From the IMG/VR virus record IMGVR_UViG_3300032173_000004, positions 1 to 64,000 of that record: a DNA stretch of 64,000 bases; one strand, given 5' to 3'. The notes under the pieces were generated by a model. It was not told the DNA's origin, did no database searches, and was given only the letters and a program-made list of their open reading frames with translations. The position numbers and the translations under genes were made by a program. Below are positions 39,518 to 48,775 of this stretch, in pieces (position 1 is the first letter of the stretch; every line of letters starts with the position of its first letter). The DNA is from a virus.

Positions 39518-40960
39518 CTAGGATACCAGCTGGCCGATGTTCACCATCCGCAGCCACTTCTTCGGCGCGAACAGGATCGGCGTGCCGTACAGGAGGATCT
39601 GCCACCTGTAGGCCGGAGCCAGAACCGCGAGGTCCAGGCGCATCATCGGAGCCAGCTGCCGGAACGTGAGCACCTGCGGAGTCAGCTCGCCCATGTAGGC
39701 GATGCTGGTGAACGGCAGGAGGAAGTTCACGTCGTTGCCTGTGGTCGTGCCACTGCCGGCCTGAGACGCTGCCGGGATCTGCATGATCAGGCTGTAGGAA
39801 GCGCCCGTCGAGGGAACTCCCGCGCTGGATGCACGAGCCTTGGTGCGGTACACGCGGAAGAACTCTGGAGGGAAAGCGCCGATGGCAGCTGCGTTGGTGA
39901 TCGTCAGCGGCAGGTGCTGGCCCGAATCCTTGTTGCCCTGAGTCAGGCTGCCCGCTGCGGACACCATGACCGGTGCGCTCTCGCCGAAGCGATTGCATGC
40001 GGTCACGGCATAGCAGTACTCGTTGGTCCCGGCGAAGGCGCCCTTGTTGAAGTCGCCATCCGTGCCGGCGCCAGCGCCCGCTGCGATCGAGGTGGGGGTG
40101 GCGGGAGCGTTGGGGTGCGTCGCCGCCGCAGGCGGGATCGGGAGCGGACGAATGAACACGTCCGGGTTGAACTCGATGTGACCCGCCTGCGTCGCCATCG
40201 AGTTGATCGCCTGGCCGATGACGCCGTTGACCGGCGCCGGCAGGCTGACCCGCTCACGCGGGTACATCGTCTTGGTGAGGTCGCTGAGGGCCCGCGGGTT
40301 GAGGAACAGATCCGTCGGGTAGGCGTAGTTCTCGACGAGGATGTTGCTGGCCTCTTCGATGTCCGCCTCGGTCAGACTGTTGCCCTGCAGATCCACGAAC
40401 GCCGTCGGATCGATCAGCGCGTCGAGACCATCCCACTGCTCTGCCTCGCCGTCGTAGGCGAGAGCGCTGTCAGCCGTGAAGAGTGCCGTCTCGACACGCT
40501 CCAGCAGCCACAGGATGCCGTTCTGGTTCTCGAGCGCGATGATGTCACCGTGCGCGGGGTGGACCAGCGTGGCCGGGTGGGTCACTTCCCGGGTCGTGCC
40601 CAGGAACTTGACCAGCTGCGTACGGCGGACGTAGCTCGAGTCAGTGCTGGGAGGCAGCTCGCCTTCCATCGTGAACGCGAAGCTCCCGGGGCCGTACGAC
40701 GTCAGCTGGTTGTACTCCTCGACGGTGGAGTACGCCGGGCTCTTGGGGATCTTCTTCCAGAACTTGATGTGGTGGTTGGTGTAGGTGACCACCTTGAGAC
40801 TGGCCTCGAGCGACTCCACGCGGAGTGCGCTACCACCGGTCTGGTTGGTGATCTGGTAGCCGGCCTCGAGGGCCTTGCTCAGCTCACGGATGTCCTGCGC
40901 GGGGGCCAGGCCGAAACCGTTGAGCCCCTCGTAGTGCGCCAGGGAAACCTGCGGGTACAT
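39518..40960 (-). CDS. Major capsid protein, SPO1/Herelleviridae type
   Basis: ELSKALEAGY...GGSALRVESLEASL...FWKKIPKSPAYSTVEEYNQ; YAVTACNRFGESAP insertion; AAGGAGG RBS; double TAG stop. Confidence 0.95.
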   Translation of the reverse strand: MYPQVSLAHYEGLNGFGLAPAQDIRELSKALEAGYQITNQTGGSALRVESLEASLKVVTYTNHHIKFWKKIPKSPAYSTVEEYNQLTSYGPGSFAFTMEGELPPSTDSSYVRRTQLVKFLGTTREVTHPATLVHPAHGDIIALENQNGILWLLERVETALFTADSALAYDGEAEQWDGLDALIDPTAFVDLQGNSLTEADIEEASNILVENYAYPTDLFLNPRALSDLTKTMYPRERVSLPAPVNGVIGQAINSMATQAGHIEFNPDVFIRPLPIPPAAATHPNAPATPTSIAAGAGAGTDGDFNKGAFAGTNEYCYAVTACNRFGESAPVMVSAAGSLTQGNKDSGQHLPLTITNAAAIGAFPPEFFRVYRTKARASSAGVPSTGASYSLIMQIPAASQAGSGTTTGNDVNFLLPFTSIAYMGELTPQVLTFRQLAPMMRLDLAVLAPAYRWQILLYGTPILFAPKKWLRMVNIGQLVS

Positions 40961-40990
40961 GTTTGATCCTCCTTGGTTGCTCGAGGGCCG

Positions 40991-42007
40991 TTAGCGGCCA
41001 TTGCCCTGGATGCGTGCCTGAATCTGCGTGAGCAGGTCAGGACGGATCTCCCCGGTCGTGTCGAACTTGATCACCTCGAGAGGGTTGATCTGGCTCTTCT
41101 CGACCATCTCCTGCAGCACCGCGATCACCTGACCCTTGGACAGGTTCTCCCCGCCCGCGGGACCGCCGAACGACTTGTTCAGCACGGTGCTCTGCTGGCC
41201 ACCCGGGAGAGCCCGAAGCTGGCTCTTGGGGGCGCCAACAGGCAGCTGAGCGACCTGCTCGACCTGCTGCAGGCTGCCCGCGATGCCGTGACCGATGTTC
41301 GCCACGGCCTCGGCAAGCGACTTGTTGAACTCGGCCTGCTCGGACGCGAACTGCTGCAGAGCCGCGAAGAGCTGGTTGCCGATGTCCAGGGAGTAGGCCT
41401 GCTGACGCTGCTCGACGGCAGCCAGACCCGTGCCGAAGGACTTGGCGAACTCGGCCAGGAACTCGGAGACCTCAATCCCCTTGTGGACCGTATCGTTGCT
41501 CGAAAGAACCTCGGACATGGACTTGCCGAACGGGAACCCGCCCTTGTCGTCCTTGCCCTTGTCCTTCTTGCCATCCTTCTTGTCGTCCTTGTCGTCGTCA
41601 TCGTCGTCCGCGTCCATGCCCTTCATGGCCGGGGGCTTCATGCCGCCGCCGACACCCATCCCGCCAGCGCCGGTGATCGGACCGGCCTTGTCGAGATCCG
41701 ACTTGAGGAGCGCCAGCTCGTCGACGGACAGCGGAAGGCCCTTCTTGACCTTCATCCGAATCGACTTGCGAACACCACGCTCGTTGTAGTCGGTCCCATC
41801 GGGCTTGATGTCGTCGGCGCCGGGGCCGTTGCCCGGGACGTCGGTGACCTTGCCTGCCGGCCAGTCGCGACGCTCGCTGTTCGGGCCGGTGCAGATCTGG
41901 GACTTGTTCATCGGTTCCCCGGTCTGACCACCCTTCGCGAGAGCCTCCAGGCGAGCCAGGCTCTTGTAGAACTCCTCGCTGCGGATCGTGGCCTCCTGCG
42001 GTGCCAT
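40991..42007 (-). CDS. Scaffolding protein
   Basis: Start re-called at MAPQEATIRS (AGGAGG RBS); acidic stretch, coiled coil, more than 10 x-x-K[S/A/G] sites; between protease and capsid. Confidence 0.8.
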   Translation of the reverse strand: MAPQEATIRSEEFYKSLARLEALAKGGQTGEPMNKSQICTGPNSERRDWPAGKVTDVPGNGPGADDIKPDGTDYNERGVRKSIRMKVKKGLPLSVDELALLKSDLDKAGPITGAGGMGVGGGMKPPAMKGMDADDDDDDKDDKKDGKKDKGKDDKGGFPFGKSMSEVLSSNDTVHKGIEVSEFLAEFAKSFGTGLAAVEQRQQAYSLDIGNQLFAALQQFASEQAEFNKSLAEAVANIGHGIAGSLQQVEQVAQLPVGAPKSQLRALPGGQQSTVLNKSFGGPAGGENLSKGQVIAVLQEMVEKSQINPLEVIKFDTTGEIRPDLLTQIQARIQGNGR

Positions 42008-42018
42008 CTCTTCGCCTC

Positions 42019-43014
42019 CTAGTTTGTGAGTCCGTTCATTCGAAAGACAGCCTTGGCCACGATCTGGGCCTGTGGCTGTGTGAGTTTGCGTTCCACCATC
42101 AGCCATGCAACGGACTCTCCGAAGCTCATGGCCTCCGGCAACGACTTCCGAACATGCTCAGGATCAGAGTGACCGTACCGAAGATCACTCATCCGACCTT
42201 CCAGACTTTGAACCGTGATCGCACGACCTGAAGCTCCAGTAGCTGCGAACGCCTTGGCTGACTCGTTTCGCTTCTGGAGATCCATCTCTTCCTGGGTCAG
42301 AGAACGAATTGCCTTCTTCTGATCCCTTCCACCACCAGAACAGTTGCAGGCTCCACAGCACTTGCCGCCCGAAGACTCTTGGCACGATCCACGCTCTTCG
42401 CGGTGAGCTTTGTAGACCATGTCTGGAGTAATCGAGATCGACTTGGCATCATCTGCGGCCCACCACTCCACTGGCAGGGCGTTCAACGACTTCACGACTT
42501 CGAGCCAGGTGTTGGTGTTGATCGGAGCTGCCGTGATGGCAATGTCCTGGATCCAGCACTTGATGATGGTCTTGCCAGTGCGGCGAAGAACCTTGCCCTG
42601 GATCGAGAAGCCCACCTTACGGTTCGATCCTGATGCCTCGAGAGCCAGAATCAGCTCCCAGATCGAATCAGCCTCCTTGTGGTTCTGGAAGAGGAAGCCC
42701 TTGACGTAGAGACCCTTGGCAGTCACTCGACACTCGGTCGGCTGACCTACCTTGTTCTCGAATCCGGGCTTGTGGTCGTTGTTGAAAAAACCGTGCTTGA
42801 GGAAGTAAGAAAAGTCGATCCCGTGCTGCTTTACGATCTCATCCTGGAGATCCATGTCCTCCGTGGACGCGATGCCTTCGATCCATCGCTTCCCGTCCGC
42901 GGGCTTCTTGGTCTCAGGAGTGGATTTCGTGATCGGCAACCAGAAGGAAAAACCACTCTCTTGAAGAAGATCAAGCATCCAGGATCCAGAAACAAAAAAA
43001 GGGAGGTCGAGCAC
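42019..43014 (-). CDS. Prohead maturation protease (HK97/SPO1 type); alternative start at 42978
   Basis: IEGIASTEDMDLQDEIV...GFFNNDH...VGFSIQG...IAITAAPINTNT. Confidence 0.92.
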   Translation of the reverse strand: MLDLPFFVSGSWMLDLLQESGFSFWLPITKSTPETKKPADGKRWIEGIASTEDMDLQDEIVKQHGIDFSYFLKHGFFNNDHKPGFENKVGQPTECRVTAKGLYVKGFLFQNHKEADSIWELILALEASGSNRKVGFSIQGKVLRRTGKTIIKCWIQDIAITAAPINTNTWLEVVKSLNALPVEWWAADDAKSISITPDMVYKAHREERGSCQESSGGKCCGACNCSGGGRDQKKAIRSLTQEEMDLQKRNESAKAFAATGASGRAITVQSLEGRMSDLRYGHSDPEHVRKSLPEAMSFGESVAWLMVERKLTQPQAQIVAKAVFRMNGLTN

Positions 43015-43034
43015 TTGGCTCGGTCTCCCTTTGT
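42989..43034 (-). promoter_or_regulatory. Terminator-like hairpin sequestering the SD and enclosing the GTG start of the protease gene
   Basis: AAAGGGAGACCGAGC-caagt-GCTCGACCTCCCTTT followed by a further T-run. Confidence 0.65.
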
Positions 43035-43056
43035 TGGAGTCGTCAGGTTTTGGAGA

Positions 43057-43086
43057 ACGCTACAGTGGATCGGATCGTTCTGTCAA
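43057..43086 (-). promoter_or_regulatory. Putative promoter for protease-scaffold-capsid
   Basis: TTGACA-N18-TAGCGT. Confidence 0.55.
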
Positions 43087-43093
43087 GAAGATC

Positions 43094-43321
43094 CTACGCA
43101 GGTTTCTTTTGCGTCTGCAAGAAAAGTTTTGGCCTTCGATCACTTGGCTGAATCTTCGACGAGTCCAGCAAGACAGGCACCGGCACTTCCTCGCCGCAGT
43201 TCTTGCACACGGCGAAGGCTTTGCCATCGCGGAACACCATAACCTTGTTAAGGATTTTGACAGTCCCGTTGGCGGACTTCACCACCACACCACCACAAGG
43301 GCAGGTGATGACGTGCTCCAT
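43094..43321 (-). CDS. Zinc-ribbon protein
   Basis: 75 aa; CPC...CKNC; TGATG-coupled to the polyprotein gene. Confidence 0.75.
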   Translation of the reverse strand: MEHVITCPCGGVVVKSANGTVKILNKVMVFRDGKAFAVCKNCGEEVPVPVLLDSSKIQPSDRRPKLFLQTQKKPA

Positions 43322-46300
43322 CAGGCGACGGCCTGGATCCTGGAAATCATCGAATCGAGCAAGGATTTCGCAACGTTGCTATCTTGTCCCTGCTGTGGCC
43401 GATCTTCCTCGATCGGAGAGGTATCAGGCTCATCTTGCAGCTCGAAGCCGTCCGCACCGTCGTCCAGATCTCCCTTGCCCCCGTCCGCGTACTCTCTTCC
43501 ATCGGGAGGAAGAGGTGGATCAGAAACACCCGTTGCCTGCTTGAACGACGCCCACTCTTGATCGTGCTCATGGAGCGGGTGACTGTGAATCCACTCGCTG
43601 AAGGCCTGCTCATCCGGCAGACGATCAGGGTGAGTTGCCGTTACGTGCCAGACCACAGGTCCGTACGTTCCCTGCGCAAGACTCTTCTCGATCTTCTTCA
43701 GCTTCTGGTAGTACTTCGGATCCTCTGTGAGATGATCCTTTGCGATCTCGTACGCAACGCTGGGATCATTGGTGTGCTCCATCTCCACCTTGATCCCCTC
43801 CATCACGCTGTCGAAGTCGAAATCCTTGTCAGCTCTTCCCTCTGCCAAACCACCAGGGATCTTATCCTTGGTGATCATGTAGGGATGCTTGTGAGTCCCG
43901 AAGACCTTGCTCTTGAACTCACGCATGGTCATCTGAGTCATCGATCCGAAAAAGTTCGGATTGTCGTAGTGCTTGAGGTAGGCCTTCTTCGCCTGCTTGG
44001 CCGAATCAAAGCCAAGCATACACTTGTCCTCGTCATACTGCTTGAAGTCCGGCCCCTTCATCTGGTGGATGACGAACACCTTGTCGGAGTTCCGACGTGG
44101 ACCGACGTAGACGTCGACCTCTCCATTGTCCGTCCCCTCCGTCTTACGGATGAATCCGTACGGGTAGAGCATCTTCGTCTCACCCGTCTCTCCTGTCGCG
44201 TGATCCTCCCAACGGCGTATACTGCCGGCAGGATTCTCAATGGAGATCGGCAGGCCCTGAAACACCATCTTGCCTACGACACCGATCGAAGCTCCTGACT
44301 CTCGGTCGTCGATCTTCTGATGAAACGGCTGAGCTTTGCCAAGCTGGTGCTCGCTGCCTTCGAAGGCCGAATTCTCCGACGCCGGCTTCACATGCAACCA
44401 ACGACCGGTCTTCTTGCTATCGACCCACCGGTAGCTACCGTGAACAGCGCCCGTTTCGGGATGAACCACGTCTCCGTGCCACTCCGACTTTGGATGAAGC
44501 TTCAGCTCCGTTCCACTGTGGTCGGTGACCACTGCACGACCCATGCGTCCGCCTGGATCATGAGGAATGTTGATCTCACCTGGCTTCGTGCCGTACGACT
44601 TGTTCAGATCTGGGTTGTGGTGATGGATGGCCGCGATGTAGAGGGCCTCAACCAGCAGAGGATCGACGTACAGCTCCTGAGCAATCCTGTGGAAGCTGCC
44701 ACCGCGGTGACCAAGCATCTGAGCCACTTGAGCCATCGCCTGCTTCGTGATCGCAGGCAGATTGTTCGGCTTCAGGTTGGCTTTCTTGGCAACCAGATTC
44801 TGGAAGACCTTCGAGAACAGCTCAGACCCGTGATAGACACGGAACTGGTTGAGTAGCAACCCAAACTGCTGATCCATGATCTGGGCCAACAGCGACTGGG
44901 GAATCCTCTGTCCGTTGATCTGAAACAGGTAGTCCTCTGGAGACTTGCCCTGCATCAGTTCCTGAAGGACTGCAGATGACTCGGAGTCCATGGTGACCAC
45001 GGACTGATGCGGTCCACCCGTCTTGTCCTTGTAGGTGAACTGGATCGTGTTGCCCTGAGGCGCCACGTCTTTCACCTTGATCGACAGAAGTCCACTTTCG
45101 TCGCCATCGGCCACCATCTTGGCCTGATCCACCAGGGCCATGATGAGACCGAGAGCCCTCTCGCCCGGATCCTGGGACTGGAACAGGCTCGCATACCACT
45201 GACGAACCTTCTCCAGCTGCGCATCGACATGCTTCAGATCCTCATTGAACTTACGCCGAGGATCCTTCACACAGTCGCGGTGGAAGTAGTTGTGCTCGGT
45301 CTTGCCAGTCTCTGGGTCCTGATACCTCTGAGCCCAGTGATAGATATCAGGATCATAGTGATTATTGTCCTCAACCTCAGCACCCTCTGGAGCCGGGCGA
45401 TTGAGCTTTCGACCACGATGATCGAAGAACTGCGGTGCTACATCCGGCGTTGGCTCATGCGGGTGAACCTGAGGCGGACCTGCATTGGGATCATGGTGGG
45501 GGTGACCCTCAGGAGCGTTGGTTCCTCGGACCACGTTGCCTTGTGGATCTTCCCACATGTGCCGATGAGCACCAGGCTCTCCCTCTCTCCAGAGGTACTT
45601 CATGGTGTTGGAGTGCATCGGCTCTCCAGCCATTGCCTTGGCCAGAACATCCAGAGCCTCTTCGAAAAGAAGATCATCGAAGGCCTTGCGGGTGTACTCA
45701 TACTGCGAATAGTCCGGCTCGTACTCCTCACCGGCAACGTCAGCGTACCTTTGGGCGTACTCGTCCTCCGGTTCTTTCGCAGCTGGACGGGACATGGCAG
45801 CCATGCGCTGCCGGTAGGCCTCTTCTTCTTTTCTACGCTGAGCCTGAATCTCCGGTGGGGCGAGATGAGCATACGGATCCTCTGTCGTCCCCGCCTCTAC
45901 TGCTTCCGGCTCCATCATGTGGCCGCCGCCAGCCAGCTCGTGAGCTGCTCCCTGATAGCCTTGCGTCTGCTGAAGCTGCTGTTGACGGGCTACCATCTGC
46001 TCTGGACCTGCCTGGTATCCAGTCCCCATCTTCAGACCCACACCACCAGGCTCACGACCCTGCCGAGCTTGGCCTCCCGGAGCCGGGCGTGCTGTCCACG
46101 ACACCTCTGGCTCCTGGTACGGAACCGCACCAGCCTTCGGGCTGCGCATCACCTCTCCGGTCTCAGGATCGGCGAACTCAGCAGCACTTACCTGCATCGC
46201 ACCCTTCGGCTTGGCAGCCTTGGCACCTTGCCTCTTGATCTCAGGCTGATCACGATACTCCCGCATCTGCTGTTCCTGTGCTGCCGACAAGAACTGAGGC

Positions 46301-48492
46301 AGACTTCGGATCATCTCACCGCGAGCAGTGTTGAGCAGGTGATTCTGAAACCGACCTCGATGCGGATTGTAGGTGTTGATGGCGTGCTCTACTGACGCGC
46401 CGATGGCGTGGCTGGCTAGCTCTTTGGCCAAGTCGTGAGATTGCGGATCCATGTGGCCACTGTACAGACCTCGAGGGCGCAGAACTCCATAGGCAGCCAT
46501 GTTGTAGAGAGGGCCCATGTTCTCGGTCTGGATGTCTCGCTTGACCTTCCGTTCCAGCTCAGGACTGTTGAACTGAAGCTTGGGCGCCATACGAACATTG
46601 CGAATCTCGTGACCCAGAGAGTTGATCGTCGTTCTGACAGCTGTCGGTGCCTCACCCCACGTCCACGTTCCATGCTCCCCGTGCTCAAGAGCATTCGTGG
46701 TCTTCATCGGCTTGCGAGACTCTTTTCCTTCAGGACCACGACGAGGACGCCAGTCTGCGTCGTGCTCCACGTACGACGTGGGTTCCCATCCTGCCGTGTG
46801 CTTCAACTTCTGCCGTTCTGCGGGTGGCGTCGCTCCTCGCTCTTCCTCATCCTTGAGAAAGCGCATCGTCGATGCGTGCTTCGCCACGAAGTTTCGCAGA
46901 TTGTCCGGCGTCTCCGCATGGCCGCGGGACCACTCTCCGGGCTCCTCGCCGTAGGCCTCAGCAAGAGCCTTTCCGTACTTGCTGGTCGTGTCGAACTGAG
47001 TCAGTGGCTTTCCAGTCCCTGTCTTCGGGCTGCGCCAGTGAAGCCACGGCTGACCATGAGGATCGTACTCCGTGTTGACCTGGTTCTGCAGCAGATGCCT
47101 TTCGAAGTCAGCCATTGATCCAGGTCGATATGCCTGCTGCACGTTGGTCTTGCCAGGGGTCTGTCCGGGACCGTAGACGACAACAGAGCCCTTGGTGAAC
47201 TTGGGCACACCTTTTTCGTCAACTGCGATCTCTTTCTGTTTGCCTGGCTGATCTCCCTTGCCACGGCGTCCCGCACCTCGGGCAGAGCCAGGCATGTGGA
47301 TGATCTTGTCCTCGGTCTTGCCCGTGTCCTTGTTGAACAGCTGAGCCGGGAACGAACCACCCTCAGCGACATGCCACGCTCTCGAGTGATGATAGGCCTC
47401 CTCGGGAGAAGACACGTTGGCAGCCTTGGTCTCTGGGTGGATGTCCATCGTGTGACCTGACAGACGACCCATGTGTTGAATGCCGTGGTGGCCCTCGGGA
47501 TGCATCTCACCCGTGTAGGCGTACTGCCAACGGCCATTCTCCCACCACCTTTTGACGTACTGGTGACCCTGCTTCTCAGGAGCCGCCACAGGCTTCTGGG
47601 GCGCCGCAGCTGCCACTGGGGCTGCCGGAGCCTTGGGAGCCGCTGCGGGGGCTTCCTGAGCCGCTGGAGCGCCTCCAGCAGCCTCTGCTTCGCCCAGAGC
47701 TTTGGACAGCAAGCCGCCCTCGAAATCCGGCCTCCAGCACCACAGGATACCGGTGGCTCCATCCAAAGAGCGTGCCAGGATGTTGGTGAACTTCTCCATA
47801 CCAGCTCGGTCACCAGCCCCAAGATACCGGCGGATCTCCTGAATCGGATTGGTCATGGGAACCTTGATCCCGAGCACCTCCGACCAGGGCCTGCGCTGAT
47901 TCTTTCCCGGTCGGATCGGTCCCGGAGCTTTGTACTTGGTGTCTGACGTTCTCTCGTAGCCATACTTGAGAGCCAGAGGATCACCATTGGCGTCACGCGG
48001 CGTGTAGTCTCCGAAGGTGTCGACAGGCGACACTTGAGACGACATCACAGCGATCGACTTGGTGGCTTCCTTCTCTTCGTCCTTCTCCGTTTGCTCTTGA
48101 GCTTCTTCCTGCGCTTCGCCACTGTCCTGAGCATCCTGGGCAGCCTGCTCGTTCTCCTCTGCTTGACCAGAGTTGATCATGTCCTGGCGCTTCTCTTCAC
48201 GCTTTCGCTGCAACTCTTCAGGATCACCACCGCGGAAGGTGCCTTCTTCTGACGGGTCCTTGGCCTTGCGAACCACAGGATTCTTGCGATCTGTGGTATT
48301 GACCCAGCTTGGCTCCATCCAGTCCGGCAGGCCGTCTGGTGTCGACTTGTCCACCTCAGCTTCCTGCCGCTTCTCTTCCCTCTTCTCCTGCATGTCCACC
48401 GGGTCACCACCGCGGAAGGTCCCATCCCCATCGCTATCGGACGCTTTGGAGATCATCTCATTGATGAGGTCGTGAGAGCTGCTAAGCCGCAT
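43321..48492 (-). CDS. Large polyvalent head-associated protein: sigma-region-2-like, topoisomerase IB-like, inorganic pyrophosphatase (InPase) and DUF5661-like domains
   Basis: Start re-called at MRLSSSHDL (GGAGGG RBS). InPase: GLPISIENPAGSIR...YGFIRKTEGTDNGEVDVYVGP...DEDKCMLGF. DUF5661-like: GIKVEMEHTNDPSVAYEIAKDHLTEDPKYY. TopIB-like: GLLSIKVKDV...DKTG...FRVYHGS...LGH...YVDP. Confidence 0.85.
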   Translation of the reverse strand: MRLSSSHDLINEMISKASDSDGDGTFRGGDPVDMQEKREEKRQEAEVDKSTPDGLPDWMEPSWVNTTDRKNPVVRKAKDPSEEGTFRGGDPEELQRKREEKRQDMINSGQAEENEQAAQDAQDSGEAQEEAQEQTEKDEEKEATKSIAVMSSQVSPVDTFGDYTPRDANGDPLALKYGYERTSDTKYKAPGPIRPGKNQRRPWSEVLGIKVPMTNPIQEIRRYLGAGDRAGMEKFTNILARSLDGATGILWCWRPDFEGGLLSKALGEAEAAGGAPAAQEAPAAAPKAPAAPVAAAAPQKPVAAPEKQGHQYVKRWWENGRWQYAYTGEMHPEGHHGIQHMGRLSGHTMDIHPETKAANVSSPEEAYHHSRAWHVAEGGSFPAQLFNKDTGKTEDKIIHMPGSARGAGRRGKGDQPGKQKEIAVDEKGVPKFTKGSVVVYGPGQTPGKTNVQQAYRPGSMADFERHLLQNQVNTEYDPHGQPWLHWRSPKTGTGKPLTQFDTTSKYGKALAEAYGEEPGEWSRGHAETPDNLRNFVAKHASTMRFLKDEEERGATPPAERQKLKHTAGWEPTSYVEHDADWRPRRGPEGKESRKPMKTTNALEHGEHGTWTWGEAPTAVRTTINSLGHEIRNVRMAPKLQFNSPELERKVKRDIQTENMGPLYNMAAYGVLRPRGLYSGHMDPQSHDLAKELASHAIGASVEHAINTYNPHRGRFQNHLLNTARGEMIRSLPQFLSAAQEQQMREYRDQPEIKRQGAKAAKPKGAMQVSAAEFADPETGEVMRSPKAGAVPYQEPEVSWTARPAPGGQARQGREPGGVGLKMGTGYQAGPEQMVARQQQLQQTQGYQGAAHELAGGGHMMEPEAVEAGTTEDPYAHLAPPEIQAQRRKEEEAYRQRMAAMSRPAAKEPEDEYAQRYADVAGEEYEPDYSQYEYTRKAFDDLLFEEALDVLAKAMAGEPMHSNTMKYLWREGEPGAHRHMWEDPQGNVVRGTNAPEGHPHHDPNAGPPQVHPHEPTPDVAPQFFDHRGRKLNRPAPEGAEVEDNNHYDPDIYHWAQRYQDPETGKTEHNYFHRDCVKDPRRKFNEDLKHVDAQLEKVRQWYASLFQSQDPGERALGLIMALVDQAKMVADGDESGLLSIKVKDVAPQGNTIQFTYKDKTGGPHQSVVTMDSESSAVLQELMQGKSPEDYLFQINGQRIPQSLLAQIMDQQFGLLLNQFRVYHGSELFSKVFQNLVAKKANLKPNNLPAITKQAMAQVAQMLGHRGGSFHRIAQELYVDPLLVEALYIAAIHHHNPDLNKSYGTKPGEINIPHDPGGRMGRAVVTDHSGTELKLHPKSEWHGDVVHPETGAVHGSYRWVDSKKTGRWLHVKPASENSAFEGSEHQLGKAQPFHQKIDDRESGASIGVVGKMVFQGLPISIENPAGSIRRWEDHATGETGETKMLYPYGFIRKTEGTDNGEVDVYVGPRRNSDKVFVIHQMKGPDFKQYDEDKCMLGFDSAKQAKKAYLKHYDNPNFFGSMTQMTMREFKSKVFGTHKHPYMITKDKIPGGLAEGRADKDFDFDSVMEGIKVEMEHTNDPSVAYEIAKDHLTEDPKYYQKLKKIEKSLAQGTYGPVVWHVTATHPDRLPDEQAFSEWIHSHPLHEHDQEWASFKQATGVSDPPLPPDGREYADGGKGDLDDGADGFELQDEPDTSPIEEDRPQQGQDSNVAKSLLDSMISRIQAVA

Positions 48493-48772
48493 TGGGACCC
48501 TCCGGGACGTCGCTCTGCGCACCAAGACCGCCGCCTTCCTGACCAGCGTTCTGCTTCATGTACAGGACATGATCTCGACCCTTGGCCGTACGGAGAAGCT
48601 CATCGATCTTGGTGTGAAGCTGCTCGTCGTGGATGTACATCTGCTCCAGCTTCTCAAGGCGCTGGATGATCTGTCTCATCTCGTCCAGGTCTTGAACCTG
48701 AAACAGGTAGCTCTCGTCAGGAAGAGCTGCTTGAGAAGCATTCAGAAGCGAATGAGCCTTGGAGTCGATCAT
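48482..48772 (-). CDS. Hypothetical protein
   Basis: 96 aa, helical; operon context. Confidence 0.7.
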   Translation of the reverse strand: MIDSKAHSLLNASQAALPDESYLFQVQDLDEMRQIIQRLEKLEQMYIHDEQLHTKIDELLRTAKGRDHVLYMKQNAGQEGGGLGAQSDVPEGPNAA

Positions 48773-48775
48773 TGT

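Noticed and set aside
44630-45400. Integrase indicating lysogeny
   Set aside because: Motif order and the N-terminal QDPETGK...Y segment fit TopIB better; domain is embedded in a head-cluster polyprotein; no att site or repressor seen
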